From an uncultured Alphaproteobacteria bacterium (GTDB taxonomy: Bacteria > Pseudomonadota > Alphaproteobacteria > Rhizobiales > Beijerinckiaceae): DNA of 64,000 bases. Positions within the stretch are counted from its first letter, which is position 1. Each line of letters starts with the position of its first letter. Under the pieces are notes generated by a model. The model was given only the letters and a program-made list of their open reading frames with translations. It was not told the origin of the DNA and did no database searches. The stretch spans positions 1,532-65,531 of the forward strand of contig CAWBBW010000046.1 of the NCBI GenBank assembly GCA_963787135.1, read 5' to 3'. The position numbers and the translations under genes were made by a program. Below are positions 38,295-49,367 of the stretch, piece after piece.

Positions 38295-39137
38295 TCAAGC
38301 TGCATCGGCCTGCTCGGCGAGGCGCGCGAGCTTTTCGTGCCGGAACGCGCCCCACAGGGCTGCGCCGATGGCGCCGGCGAAAATTGCGTCGGCATGGGTC
38401 TCGATCGGCGCGGCGACCTTTTCGCGAACCATCGCCTCCTTCATCGCCTCGACAAGACCGGTGTCGAGCGCGAGGCCGCCGGTCATCTGGATGACGCCTT
38501 CGAGTCCTCCAATCGACTTCAACAGCTTGGCCAGCCGATCGGCCATCGAGTCGTGAATGCCCTTGAGAATATTTGGCGCCGTAATGCCGCGCGAAACCAT
38601 GTTGATCACGTCGGTTTCGGCCAGCACGGCGCAGATGCCCGAGACCTTCTCCGGATTGTCGGCCTGCTTCGACAGGACGCCGATCTCGTCCTGGGCGATG
38701 CCCAGATAGCGCGCGATGTTTTCCAGGAATTGGCCAGACCCGGACGCGCACTGGCTCGTCATCTTGTAGTTGAGCACCTTGCCGCGTCCATCCATGCGAA
38801 TGGCGCGGCCATGCAGCGCCCCGGTGTCGAGCGCAGCCCGGCAATCCGGGCGCAGGTAGATCGCTCCGCGGGCATGGGTCGTCATCGAATAGAAATGGCC
38901 GGTGTGGAAATGAAGCGCCTCGCCCTCGCCTGTGGTCGCGCAGTAGGCGATGTCGCCGCGCGAAAGGCCGGCCGACGCCAACACTTCATCGTAGATCTCT
39001 GTCGCCAGGGTTAACGGATCGCGCTGACGCAAGCGATCGACGCGCTTGGCCAGGCAAGTTTCCTCGCCGCCCTCGACGTTGAACACAACGACCTTGACGG
39101 CCCCGGTTCCGACATCAATCCCTGCTGTGATCGGCAT
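38295..39137 (-). CDS. bcrD: Benzoyl-CoA reductase subunit D (ATPase module)
   Basis: GIDVGTGAVK, TTHARGA, MTSQCASGSGQFLEN, ICAVLAETDVIN. Confidence 0.93.
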   Translation of the reverse strand: MPITAGIDVGTGAVKVVVFNVEGGEETCLAKRVDRLRQRDPLTLATEIYDEVLASAGLSRGDIAYCATTGEGEALHFHTGHFYSMTTHARGAIYLRPDCRAALDTGALHGRAIRMDGRGKVLNYKMTSQCASGSGQFLENIARYLGIAQDEIGVLSKQADNPEKVSGICAVLAETDVINMVSRGITAPNILKGIHDSMADRLAKLLKSIGGLEGVIQMTGGLALDTGLVEAMKEAMVREKVAAPIETHADAIFAGAIGAALWGAFRHEKLARLAEQADAA

Positions 39138-39151
39138 GAAAGTCTCCTCGT

Positions 39152-40465
39152 TCAGGAAGCGACGGCGCGGCGGGCGAATTCGGACGCGCCGAGGGCGCCG
39201 GTATAGATGGAGTCCGGATTGATGTTGATCGTGACATCGCCGTAGTTATCCTTGATCAGTTTGCGCAGCTCGCGAACCGCCGCCTCATTCTTGGCGACGC
39301 CGCCGGTGAACGTGAACTCGTCCGTTACGCCGCCCGAGCGGGAGATGATCGAGATCGCACGCAGAATGATCGCCCGGTGAAGACCGGCAAGAATGTCCTC
39401 GCGCTTTTCTCCCAGCGACAGTCGATCGCGCAATTCAGCGCCCGCAAAGACGGTGCAGGTCGAATTGATGCGCGCCGGCCGGTTCGATTTCATCGCCAGC
39501 GGGCCGAGTTCGTGCAACCCCATATTCATCTCGTCGGCGATATAGCCGAGATAGCGTCCACAACCCGCCGCACAGCGATCGTTCATCTGGAAGTTCTCGA
39601 CGATGCCGGCGTCGTCGATCTGGATGCCTTTGGTGTCCTGCCCGCCGATATCGAGCACCGTGCGGGTTTTCGGATACATCATATGCGCGCCGAGCCCGTG
39701 GCAGAGAATCTCCGAGCGGATATGCTCCTTCGAGAAGGGCAGCGTGACCCGCCCATACCCCGTGCCGACGAGATAGGTTTCCTCAAGCTCGATGCCGAGC
39801 GCATCCTCGATCGTGCCGGGAACGTTATTCGACCCGTCGATGAGATGGGGATCAATTTCGAGGACGCGGGCCATGGCGCGACGGAACTTGTCGCTCATGT
39901 CGCCCGCCGGCGGCCGGTTCTCGACGTCTATGATCGACTTGTCATAGGCGTTCAGGAGAATGTCATGCGGGACGTTCGCCTCGCGGGCGACCGCTTCCGC
40001 ATGAACGTGAAAGCGGGAGCCGGCGATGTCGCGAAAGAAGTCCGACTTGCGTTTCGCTCCCGGCGCGAAGAGTTCCGGCGCTTCGGCCTTGAGGCGGTTG
40101 AACACTTCCGTCAGCGCCTCGCCCATCTTCGCGGCCACCTTCGCAAACCTTTCGGTCCGCAATTGTCCGATGCAGGTCTCTTCGAGATCGCTCAGCTGTT
40201 CGAGGAACTGGACGAGGCGAAAATTTCGTTCGAGCGCGCCCAGGAATTCCTGGACGCGTTCGCCGTTCGCCTCACCCGAACTCAACGCCCGGCGAAAGAG
40301 AGTGAAGCGACCGTCGATGCGCGCCTCCTCGCTCGCGACGCGCGCGGCAGTGCCGTAGTTTGAACGTGAATTGGTGATTCCGCGTCCGATGACGTCCTGG
40401 TTGTCGTCGAGCAGCACCGCTTTCGTGGTGGTCGAGCCGAGGTCGATGCCGATGAAAGTGCGCAT
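39152..40465 (-). CDS. bcrA: Benzoyl-CoA reductase subunit A (ATPase module)
   Basis: [40 protein letters not shown]. Confidence 0.95.
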   Translation of the reverse strand: MRTFIGIDLGSTTTKAVLLDDNQDVIGRGITNSRSNYGTAARVASEEARIDGRFTLFRRALSSGEANGERVQEFLGALERNFRLVQFLEQLSDLEETCIGQLRTERFAKVAAKMGEALTEVFNRLKAEAPELFAPGAKRKSDFFRDIAGSRFHVHAEAVAREANVPHDILLNAYDKSIIDVENRPPAGDMSDKFRRAMARVLEIDPHLIDGSNNVPGTIEDALGIELEETYLVGTGYGRVTLPFSKEHIRSEILCHGLGAHMMYPKTRTVLDIGGQDTKGIQIDDAGIVENFQMNDRCAAGCGRYLGYIADEMNMGLHELGPLAMKSNRPARINSTCTVFAGAELRDRLSLGEKREDILAGLHRAIILRAISIISRSGGVTDEFTFTGGVAKNEAAVRELRKLIKDNYGDVTININPDSIYTGALGASEFARRAVAS

Positions 40466-40474
40466 GGTTTCTCC

Positions 40475-41785
40475 TTAGGCGGCGCCGCGCAGGCCGGCGC
40501 GCTTCTGCTCGATCATCTGAAAATAGCTTTCGAGGCGGTTCTTGATGTTGGCGGCCGAGAAATACCGCGGATCGACGAGATCGGTCTCGATGAAAGCCGC
40601 TGGCTTGCCCGTGCGCTTTTCGACTTCGCGCATGATCAGCAACTGGCCGGCCGAGAAGCTGTTGCAACTCTTGATCGAATTGATCAGAAGCCCATCCGCC
40701 TCATATTCGTTGACATAATTCTCCAGCATGTCGACCCGCATCGGCAGGTTTCGGTTCGTGTAGACTGTCAGGCAATACTCAGCGAGCGATTCAAGCGGAT
40801 TTTGGGGGTCGTGCCGGAATCCGAAATCATAGCAGCCGCCGACCTTGGTGTAGCTCGAGGCGACGATTACGGCGCCCTCGTCGTAGAACATCTTCCAGAA
40901 CTGGCGGAAATGGGTGTAGTTCGGCGGTCCTTCGACGACCAGGCGATAGCGCTCTTTTCCCATGTCGCCGTCCGGCGTCACCGGCCCTTTGCCTTGCGCT
41001 ATGCGTTCCTCGACTTCCTCGCGCAGAAAGCGGTAGTAGTCGACCGCGTCGTCGGTGCCGCGGAAGGCGCCGAAAATCGGCCCGATGTAATAGATGCCGC
41101 CGAAATAGGCGTCGATCGGCGCGGGCTTGGTTTTGGCGCTTTGCAGCACCCAGACGAGATCGTCCTCGGCCTTGGCTGATTTGCGCAGGTATTCGCGCAG
41201 ACGGTCGATATCGAATTTGACGCCCGACACCTTCTCAAGCTTCGGGATGACATCCTGCTTGAGCTGCTTCACCATGTAATGGACCATGTCCTTGGTAATC
41301 TTTCCGTCCGCCATATAGGGCGTATGGAACATGATCGTTTCGCAATTGTATTGCTGGCGCAGCAGCTCAAACCATTTCATGAAGGTGAAGCAGCCGGTAT
41401 AGGACAGCAGCAGCACGTCCGGGTCGGGCAGCTTTCGCCCATTGGGTCCGATATTGCCCTTGGCCATCATGCCGAGGTCGGATTTCACATACGTGCATAC
41501 GTCCTCGGAATGGCCGAGTTTTTCGGCTTCCATGACGTAGCTCCCGCTGACCTTGCGCAGCCCGTTCTGGATTGCGTTGACCTCCGGGAGATTGTTGACG
41601 AAGTTGAAGCACATCAACAATTCGTTGAGATTGCCGGGAACGAAGGTCGCGGCGACTTTCTCACCCCGCTCCGGCGCATCGGACAGGCGGTCGTAGTGCC
41701 AACTCATCATCTCCTTCTGTTTGGTCATCGAGGCGTCTTTGACGACGTCGGCAGGCTTCGTCTTGGGTCCGGTGAAAATGGTCAT
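40475..41785 (-). CDS. bcrB: Benzoyl-CoA reductase subunit B (in frame with upstream bcrC as sequenced)
   Basis: GHSEDVCTYVK, SIKSCNSFSAGQ, ETDLVDPRYFS. Confidence 0.92.
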   Translation of the reverse strand: MTIFTGPKTKPADVVKDASMTKQKEMMSWHYDRLSDAPERGEKVAATFVPGNLNELLMCFNFVNNLPEVNAIQNGLRKVSGSYVMEAEKLGHSEDVCTYVKSDLGMMAKGNIGPNGRKLPDPDVLLLSYTGCFTFMKWFELLRQQYNCETIMFHTPYMADGKITKDMVHYMVKQLKQDVIPKLEKVSGVKFDIDRLREYLRKSAKAEDDLVWVLQSAKTKPAPIDAYFGGIYYIGPIFGAFRGTDDAVDYYRFLREEVEERIAQGKGPVTPDGDMGKERYRLVVEGPPNYTHFRQFWKMFYDEGAVIVASSYTKVGGCYDFGFRHDPQNPLESLAEYCLTVYTNRNLPMRVDMLENYVNEYEADGLLINSIKSCNSFSAGQLLIMREVEKRTGKPAAFIETDLVDPRYFSAANIKNRLESYFQMIEQKRAGLRGAA

Positions 41786-42967
41786 GCTCCGCTCCATAGT
41801 TTGATCGAGTTCGGCGAAGGTTCCGGCTTGCTCACGGATCGGTTGCATCTGGCCGGAATTCTCGGCGTATTTGAAAGCGATCTGGGGCACGCCATGCTGT
41901 TTCAGCACGCTCTGCAGCATCGGCCGCTCGAGCAGGGCCGGATCGCAGAAGCTCGGCATCGCGAAGATCACGCCTTCCGCGTGGTTCTGGCGAACGCTTT
42001 CGACGAGATACATGCCCTTCCTCGACTGATCCGGCTCGTATTTCGGCGACGTCGAATAGGAATCGTGCAGGTAGGAATGCGCGAGATTGGCGACGGGATC
42101 GCCCTCCGTCGCAACGTCCGATTTTTCCCAGCGCGTGACGAGCATGAAGTCGTCGTCCACGATGTAGCAGCCCGAAAGCTCGATTGACTTGATCAGGTTG
42201 AGCGGCGGCTGCTCGCAGAAGACGCCGGACAGGACGACGCGCGAATTGTCCTTGATCGGTCTCTGCTGCTGGCGCACGGACTGAAGATAGTCGCGGACCA
42301 ACTGGCTGTGATCCTCCACCGGCAGGACAAGGCCCGCGCGCAAGAGGAGATAGAGCTCGAAGGACGGAATGTTCCACGGCTCTTTCGCCCGCAGCGCATA
42401 GGCCTCGCGAACAAGCCGCCGGTTCTCATTGAAAAGCGCGATCGAGGCGCGGATGGATTCGTCGGCGACCGGCTTTCCCGTGATCTGGGCGAGCCACTCG
42501 CGAATCTCGTTCAGCTCGCTCCGGTAAAACTCGCCGCCGACTTCGTCATCGAAATTCTGCGGCAGGTCGAGATAACGCGCTCCCTGCTTCGGAAACATCA
42601 ATTTCCACATTCCCGACAGATTGCGAATGACGTCGCAGATCGAAGGGAAGAGCATGCCGTCGACAAAATCGAGACGGCCAGAGACGCCCAGTTCGATGGT
42701 CGAGCGCGGAATGCGGCAGATATAGGACTGGTAATAGGCGTCGCCGTGAATGACTTCGAGCTGATCGCCGCCGCCGAGAATCCCGAGCGGCAACGCGCCC
42801 GCGGCGTGAATGATCTCGCGCGGCACATAGTAGGGCATGTAGCCGACCACCTTGCGCCCCGGCTGCGCCGCCTTCCAGGCCCGGGCCGACTGGAAAGTCA
42901 GATCGTGGAAAAGATCCTCGCAACGCTGGACGATTGCGGAGGTCGCGGATTTTGGCACATCGAGCAT
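41782..42967 (-). CDS. bcrC: Benzoyl-CoA reductase subunit C; an extra base at 41810-41811 bypasses its stop and fuses it to bcrB
   Basis: YICRIPRSTIELG, PSICDVIRNL, FCDPALLE; deleting one base gives GTFADSIKLWSGA* with ATGA overlap. Confidence 0.9.
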
Positions 42968-42968
42968 G

Positions 42969-43736
42969 TCAGAGATCCTTCCAACGAGCGGGGCGTTTTT
43001 CGATGAATGCGGAAAGGCCCTCAACGGCGTCCTGGGTCGCCATCAATTCTTGCAAGTACATCGTCTCGATGGCGGCGAGCTTGGCCGAAACTTTTTCGAT
43101 CGTTCCCTGCCGGACGGCGCGTGTGGCGAAGCGCAGCGAACTTGCGCTCTTCGGCGCCAGATGCCGATCGAAGTAGCCGAGCGCGGCTGCTTCAGGATCG
43201 TCGGCGATTTCCGTCACCAGGCCCATTGCGCAAGCGTCGTCAGCGCCAATCGAACGTCCGGAAAGCAGGAGGTCTTCGGCCGCCGCGAGCCCGATGCGTT
43301 CCGGCAGCAAACAGGAGGCCGCCGGCGCGAACACGCCGATCTGGATCTCCGGCTGGCCGAATTTTGCGTCCGGCGCAGCGAACAGGAGATGACCGGCGCT
43401 CGCGAGTTCGAGACCGCCGCCGAGGCATTGGCCGCGGACCGCGACCAGGACCGGAACAGGCGAAGCGAACAGTCGGAGGACCAGTCGGTGAAAGCCCGCG
43501 AGCATTGCGGCGCATCGCTCCGGAAGGTGCTCCTCGATCGAGGCGCCGAAGCTGAAATGTGCGCCGCTGGCGTCGATCAGGACGCCGCGCAATTCTGCAG
43601 CGCCCCCTTGCTGGACGAAGGCCCCTTCGAGCGCGCCGACGAGCGCCGCATCGAGAATATTCGCCTTGGGACGATCGAGCCGCAAGCGAAGCAGGCGTCC
43701 GCTGCGATCAATCCAGACTTTCAGCGGGCCGCTCAC
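42969..43736 (-). CDS. dch: Cyclohexa-1,5-diene-1-carbonyl-CoA hydratase
   Basis: Crotonase fold (HFSFGASIEEH, LGGGLEL, QPEIQIGVFAP); position next to bcr. Confidence 0.88.
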   Translation of the reverse strand: MSGPLKVWIDRSGRLLRLRLDRPKANILDAALVGALEGAFVQQGGAAELRGVLIDASGAHFSFGASIEEHLPERCAAMLAGFHRLVLRLFASPVPVLVAVRGQCLGGGLELASAGHLLFAAPDAKFGQPEIQIGVFAPAASCLLPERIGLAAAEDLLLSGRSIGADDACAMGLVTEIADDPEAAALGYFDRHLAPKSASSLRFATRAVRQGTIEKVSAKLAAIETMYLQELMATQDAVEGLSAFIEKRPARWKDL

Positions 43737-44854
43737 GCCTTGCGTCCCCCCGCCTTCGGGATCAATTCCTCGATCATCGCCTCGCTCCACGGCTCGCCCC
43801 CGGCAAGTCGCTGGCGAAGTGCGACAAAATCAATCTCGCGATCGTGCTTCGGGCCCTCGTTGAAGGCGCGGAACCCCGTGCGCGCCTCGGCCAGCATATT
43901 GAGGGCGAGCCAGGCTCTGCTGTTTTCCCTGTTGCGATTCCAGGCGTCGATTTTCGGCTTGCGCAGCTCCTCGAAGCTCTTGGTCAGGCACTCGGGGAAG
44001 GTGGCCATCAGCTTGGCGCACAGTCCTTCGACCTTGGCGTCAAGCAACGACAGATCGACGACGCCGCGCGCCATCAGCGCCTTGCCCGCCGCCAAGGGGG
44101 CGCCGGTCAGGGGTTCGCCGTGCACGATGCGGCCGAATTCGTCGAGATAGCGTTGCGTCTCCACCAGAGGGTTGGGAACGAAGGCGCCGTCGACCTTCAA
44201 TCCCGGGACGATGTCGAGAACGACGCCGAGACGATAGGCCTTGTGCGCCGACCACGGCTCGCACAGGGTTCCGGACTCCATCGCACGTTCAGCGCCCACC
44301 ATCAGCGGAAGGAAGTCCGTCGCCCCGCCGATGGCGGCCGAGCCATGCTTGGGGCCCGCCTGGCCGAAGCGCGCGAGGTCTTGGGCGATGGTGAAATCGC
44401 AGGCCATGCCGATTTCCTGCCCGCCGCCAATGCGCATGCCGTTGACGCGCGCGATCACCGGCTTGTCGCAGCCGAGGATCGCCGACACCATATCGTTGAA
44501 CAGGCGCATGTACTGCCGGTATTCCTGCGGATTGCCGGCGTAATATTCAGCATATTCCCTGGTGTTTCCGCCGGTGCAGAACGCCTTGTCGCCCACGCCG
44601 GTAAAGACCACCGCGACCACGTCGCGCGCATTCGAGGCGGCGCGGAATGCGCGAATGACGCCCTTGACCATATCTGTCGTGTACGAATTGAACTGGCTGG
44701 GATTGTCAAGCCAGATCCAGGCGTTGAACAGCCCCGAAACGGGCTGGCCGTCGAGGCCGCGCGCTGGGCGCTTTTCGTAAATGACCCCGGCGACGGGCTC
44801 GAATGCGACGATATCGTGATCGACAAGAGCGGACATCCGAAGACCTCCCGTCAC
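43733..44854 (-). CDS. oah: 6-oxocyclohex-1-ene-1-carbonyl-CoA hydrolase
   Basis: [43 protein letters not shown]. Confidence 0.93.
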   Translation of the reverse strand: MTGGLRMSALVDHDIVAFEPVAGVIYEKRPARGLDGQPVSGLFNAWIWLDNPSQFNSYTTDMVKGVIRAFRAASNARDVVAVVFTGVGDKAFCTGGNTREYAEYYAGNPQEYRQYMRLFNDMVSAILGCDKPVIARVNGMRIGGGQEIGMACDFTIAQDLARFGQAGPKHGSAAIGGATDFLPLMVGAERAMESGTLCEPWSAHKAYRLGVVLDIVPGLKVDGAFVPNPLVETQRYLDEFGRIVHGEPLTGAPLAAGKALMARGVVDLSLLDAKVEGLCAKLMATFPECLTKSFEELRKPKIDAWNRNRENSRAWLALNMLAEARTGFRAFNEGPKHDREIDFVALRQRLAGGEPWSEAMIEELIPKAGGRKA

Positions 44855-45927
44855 TGTTGGGGAATGAGAATGGCGCGGCGGGCGAGCTTGTGCGCATGCG
44901 CCTGCTCGAAGACCGCGTTAATGTCGTCGAGCGGTCGCTGCTCTACGAAAGCTCGAAGATTGATCTTGCCGTCGAGAACGAGTGCGAGCGCGGCCGGATA
45001 GAGTTCCGGCGGGCAACCCCAATTTCCAAGCGCGCGCGCATCGAAAGCCATGAGATTGGACAGGCGAAGCTCGACGCGCTCCATCGTGAAGCCGACGACG
45101 CAGAGCGTTGCGCCATAGGTCAGAAGTCCGAACGCGGCGGTCTGGCCGGCCGCCGAGCCGGAACATTCAAAGATCGTCCATTCGGTCAAGGGCAGACCGC
45201 TCGCTTTGCAAAATTCGCTGATCCTGGCTTTCAGGCTCTTGAGGTCGTGCTCGCGGGCGTTCAGCGTCAGGCCGGCCCCATGCTCGCCGATGGCGGCGAG
45301 CTTGGCCGGATCGACGTCGATGGCGATGACCGTGGCGCCGAAAGCCTTCGCGATCTGCGCCGAATATCCACCGACGCCGCCGACGCCGACGACGATCGCA
45401 ACCGATCCTGGCGTCACCCCTGCGCGAACCACAGCCTGATACGGCGTCGTCACCGCGTCGGCGACGACGCTCACATCGGCGAGCGACAGACCGCGCAAGG
45501 CGAGCCGCTCCACATCCACAGGGCAGAGACCACGCGCCGGTACGACGATGTGCGAGGCGAAGCCCCCGTGAATGTCGTTGCCGGGCATCTTCTGCTTGCG
45601 GCAGATATTCGGCCGTCCCCGCTTGCATGCGTCGCATTCGCCGCAGGGCAGGACGGCGGGGACGATCACTGCTCGACCGAGCCAGGCGTCCGCGCCCTGG
45701 CCCGCGGCGACGACCCGCCCGGAAATCTCGTGGCCAAGGGTCAGCGCCAGAGGATGATTGGTGCGCACGCCGTCGAAGACATAGCCGAGATCGGTATGGC
45801 AGACCCCGCAACCGGCGACCGCGATCACGACCTCGCCATCAGCTGGCGCCATGTCGATTGCTTCGCAAATCATCGGTTGATTTGGCGCTGTCATCACCCA
45901 TCGATGCGCCGCGACGCCCTTCGCCAT
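44851..45927 (-). CDS. had: 6-hydroxycyclohex-1-ene-1-carbonyl-CoA dehydrogenase (Zn-ADH family)
   Basis: CGVCHTD, GHEISG, CGECDAC, GNWGCPP. Confidence 0.9.
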   Translation of the reverse strand: MAKGVAAHRWVMTAPNQPMICEAIDMAPADGEVVIAVAGCGVCHTDLGYVFDGVRTNHPLALTLGHEISGRVVAAGQGADAWLGRAVIVPAVLPCGECDACKRGRPNICRKQKMPGNDIHGGFASHIVVPARGLCPVDVERLALRGLSLADVSVVADAVTTPYQAVVRAGVTPGSVAIVVGVGGVGGYSAQIAKAFGATVIAIDVDPAKLAAIGEHGAGLTLNAREHDLKSLKARISEFCKASGLPLTEWTIFECSGSAAGQTAAFGLLTYGATLCVVGFTMERVELRLSNLMAFDARALGNWGCPPELYPAALALVLDGKINLRAFVEQRPLDDINAVFEQAHAHKLARRAILIPQQ

Positions 45928-46061
45928 TCGCGTTCCCTCTTTTTGCTGCGGCAGCATGCCGCCCGGTTGCCTCGTTGCTTCTAGAGTGGTAAACTAGTAT
46001 GAGAATACCGAATAAGCAAGCCTGATTCACCGGAGGACGCGCAGATGCAAGGACGACGGAC

Positions 46062-47792
46062 ATGACGACACCACTCTCTTCGACCTCACTTTCGATCGCG
46101 CTGACCGGATCGGGCGGCGCCGGCGTGATGACCGCCGGGCAGACCCTGCTCGATGCAGCCACGAATTGCGGGCTCTACGGCCTGATGACGCGCTCGACCG
46201 GTCCGCAGATTCGCGGCGGAGAGGCGGCGGCGATGATCCGCCTGTCCTCGAAACCCGTGCAGTCGCCTGGCGACCGGTTCGACATCCTGCTCGCGCTGGA
46301 CTTTGAAAACGTTCAGCGTTTCGCCGCCGAACTGCCTTTGGACGGCGCCAGCCTGATTATCGCCGATCCGGCCGCGGGCGAAATGCCGGCCTTTCTAAAG
46401 GAGTGTGGCGCGACGGTCGCTCTTGTGCCGCTGGCGAAGCTTGCCAGGAGCGTCGCCGGCGGGCGCATTTCGATGGTCGCGCTCGGAGTGCTGGCCCAAC
46501 TCATCGGCCTGCCCGAGGCCGCAATCATCGCGGCAGTGGCTGCGTCAATTGGCCGCAAGAAACCCGAGGCGCTGGAAGCCAGCGACAAAGCGGTTCTGAT
46601 CGGCGCCGGAGCGGCGCCAGAGGTGGCCATTCCTAGACTTGCTCTGCCGAGTGAGCCGCCGCAGCGCCGTTGGTCGATGACAGGCAACGAGGCGACCGGA
46701 TTCGGCGCATTGAAGGGCGGCGTCAAATTCGTCGGCGGGTATCCGATCACGCCGGCGACGGAAATCCTTGAATGGATGGCGCATGCTTTGCCGCAATGCG
46801 GCGGCGTGCTGATGCAGGCCGAAGACGAACTCGCCTCGATCAACATGATCATCGGCGCAAGCTACGGCGGCAAGCCGTCTCTGACCGCGACGGCGGGCCC
46901 CGGCCTGTCCCTGATGATTGAATCCCTCGGCCTCGCTGTCGCCTCCGAAATTCCCCTTGTCGTTGTCGACGTCATGCGCTCGGGGCCTTCGACCGGAATT
47001 GCGACGAAGTCCGAGCAGAGCGATCTCAACATCGCGGTCTATGGCCTGCACGGCGATGCGCCGCACATCGTGACCGCGCCCCTCTCGGTGGCCGATTGTC
47101 TCTTGACCGCGCAATGGTCGGTGCATCTGGCGGAGACGCTGCAGACGCCGGTCATCATGCTGTCCGACCAGTCGCTCGGGCAGGCCAGGGTCGTCGTCGA
47201 CCGGCCGGCCGATGTCGTTTTTGCAACCAAACGCCTGGTGCTCGATGGGCCGGCCGAAGGCTACGAGCGCTACATCCCGACCAAATCCGGCGTTTCGCCG
47301 ATGGCAATTCCGGGCTGTCCCGGCGGCCAATACACGGCGGACGGCTTGACGCACAATGCGCGCGGTACGCCTTCGAGCCAGGCCAAGGATCATGTCGGCC
47401 AACTGGACAAGCGCCAGCGCAAGCTGGACGCGTTCGACTTCGGCGAGCACTGGGCGGAGATTGACGGCGAAGGCGAACTCGCTGTGGTGACCTGGGGCTC
47501 GTCGAGCGAACCGTTGCGCGAAGCCGTCGCAGACGCCCGCGCCGGCGGCCTCAGGGTGAAATTGATCGCGCTGCGGCTGATTGCGCCGGCGCAGCCTGCA
47601 CGGCTAGCGGCGGCGCTCGAAGGCGTCAAACGGGTTCTCGTGGTCGAACAGAACCACGCCGGACAGTTCTGGCGTTTTCTGCGCGCTCATTATGACCTGC
47701 CCGACGACGTCGTGCCGATCCATTCTCCCGGCCCGCTGCCGATCCGGCCAGGCGAGGCCTTTGCCCACATTCAGAAAGGGGCGCACGCATGA
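46062..47792 (+). CDS. korA: 2-oxoacid:ferredoxin oxidoreductase alpha subunit
   Basis: GSGGAGV, YPITPATE, QAEDELAS, RSGPSTGI; divergent from had-oah-dch-bcr. Confidence 0.88.
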   Translation: MTTPLSSTSLSIALTGSGGAGVMTAGQTLLDAATNCGLYGLMTRSTGPQIRGGEAAAMIRLSSKPVQSPGDRFDILLALDFENVQRFAAELPLDGASLIIADPAAGEMPAFLKECGATVALVPLAKLARSVAGGRISMVALGVLAQLIGLPEAAIIAAVAASIGRKKPEALEASDKAVLIGAGAAPEVAIPRLALPSEPPQRRWSMTGNEATGFGALKGGVKFVGGYPITPATEILEWMAHALPQCGGVLMQAEDELASINMIIGASYGGKPSLTATAGPGLSLMIESLGLAVASEIPLVVVDVMRSGPSTGIATKSEQSDLNIAVYGLHGDAPHIVTAPLSVADCLLTAQWSVHLAETLQTPVIMLSDQSLGQARVVVDRPADVVFATKRLVLDGPAEGYERYIPTKSGVSPMAIPGCPGGQYTADGLTHNARGTPSSQAKDHVGQLDKRQRKLDAFDFGEHWAEIDGEGELAVVTWGSSSEPLREAVADARAGGLRVKLIALRLIAPAQPARLAAALEGVKRVLVVEQNHAGQFWRFLRAHYDLPDDVVPIHSPGPLPIRPGEAFAHIQKGAHA

Positions 47793-48628
47793 ACATGATC
47801 CCCGCAGACCCGAAGCAATTTAAACCCGCAGATTACAAATCCTCGGTCAAACCCGTCTGGTGCCCCGGTTGCGGCGACCATTCCGTGCTGCTCGCCTTCC
47901 AGCGGGCGCTGGCTGAACTCGCTCTGCCGCCCGAACAGGTCGCGGTGGTGTCGGGGATAGGCTGCTCGTCGCGCATTCCGGCCTACACCAACTGTTACGG
48001 ATTTCACGGCGTCCACGGCCGCTCGCTGGCCCTGGCTTCCGGCTTGAAAGTGGCCCGTCCCGATCTGACAGTCCTCGTGGCCAGCGGGGACGGCGACGGG
48101 TTTTCGATCGGCGGCAACCACTTCCTGCACGCCTGCCGGCGCAATATCGATCTGACCTATATTGTCATGGACAACCGCATCTACGGCATGACGAAGGGTC
48201 AGCCGTCGCCGACGACAGAGCCGGACTGGGACACGGCGATCGCGCCGGGCGGCACCGGACTGAGCCCTTTCCACCCGCTTGTGATTGCGCTGGCTTCGGG
48301 CGCGAATTTTATCGCGCGCGGCTTTTCCGGCGACATCGGCGGCTGCGCGAAACTGGTCGTCGAGGCGGTTCGAACTCCGGGCTTCTCCTTCGTGCAGATC
48401 CTGAGCCCGTGCGTCACCTTCCGGGAAGACCAGCAGAAGGGCTGGAAAAATCTGGTGCATAACGCAGTCGTGCCGGAAACGGATGATCCCGCCCGCGCCG
48501 CGCGCCGCCTCATGACCGATGACGGGTTCAACGTCGGCGTTCTTTATCGCGGCAAGCGCCAACCGTATCAGCCCGAACCCCTGGCTGACCTGGACCCCTC
48601 CCATCTCGAAAGCGAGTTCGCGATATGA
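47789..48628 (+). CDS. korB: 2-oxoacid:ferredoxin oxidoreductase beta subunit
   Basis: WCPGCGD, SGIGCSSR, GDGDGFSIGGN, ILSPCVTF. Confidence 0.9.
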   Translation: MNMIPADPKQFKPADYKSSVKPVWCPGCGDHSVLLAFQRALAELALPPEQVAVVSGIGCSSRIPAYTNCYGFHGVHGRSLALASGLKVARPDLTVLVASGDGDGFSIGGNHFLHACRRNIDLTYIVMDNRIYGMTKGQPSPTTEPDWDTAIAPGGTGLSPFHPLVIALASGANFIARGFSGDIGGCAKLVVEAVRTPGFSFVQILSPCVTFREDQQKGWKNLVHNAVVPETDDPARAARRLMTDDGFNVGVLYRGKRQPYQPEPLADLDPSHLESEFAI

Positions 48629-49161
48629 CCAACGCTCCGCCGCCGGTTGAGCCTCCGAAATTCGACAGCGTTTCCGAATTTTTCGCGCAAGCGCTCGCCA
48701 TCGAGGTGGAAGCCGCCGAGCGCTACACCCTTCTTGCCGATCAGATGGAGGTGCACAACAACAAGGAGATCGCCGCGATCTTCCGGAAGATGGCGTCGAT
48801 CGAAGCCGAGCATCGCGACGAGATTGCGCGCCGCGCAGGAGACGCGCTGGTCGCGGGCCGGCCGGCGACATTCAGCTGGACCGGCCCCGACGGCCCGGAA
48901 GCAACCGACTTCCAGCGCCTCCACTATCTCATGACCCCGCGCCAGGCGCTTGGGCTGGCGCGCTTCAACGAGGAGCGCGCGAAGACGTACTACGAAGCCA
49001 TCGCCGAAGCCGCGACCGATCCCGCAATCGCGGCCTTTGCCAGGGAAATGGCCGTCGACGAGCGCGATCACGTGGCGTGGGTGGATCAATGGCTGGCGAA
49101 ATTCGCTGCCGACGACCCAGGCTGGAACGAGGATCCCGATCCCCCCGTCAATTCCGAGTGA
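48625..49161 (+). CDS. Ferritin-like/rubrerythrin family protein
   Basis: Paired E...EXXH motifs (EAEH, ERDH). Confidence 0.85.
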   Translation: MTNAPPPVEPPKFDSVSEFFAQALAIEVEAAERYTLLADQMEVHNNKEIAAIFRKMASIEAEHRDEIARRAGDALVAGRPATFSWTGPDGPEATDFQRLHYLMTPRQALGLARFNEERAKTYYEAIAEAATDPAIAAFAREMAVDERDHVAWVDQWLAKFAADDPGWNEDPDPPVNSE

Positions 49162-49367
49162 CGCGAACTTCATCGCGCTTATCAGGGAGATAACAGGTGG
49201 GGGACAGGGAGCTCCGCCAAGGAGCAAAAGCCGCCCTCGGTCCAGCCGATGGGCGGAATTCGGGCTTGGCGCTATGCATATGGAGCATGCCTTCACAGGG
49301 ACGCGCCGTCGTCTGATAGAGACGCTTACAGACGCTGGCGGCCTGCTCCGCCCGATCGAGCCGGCGT

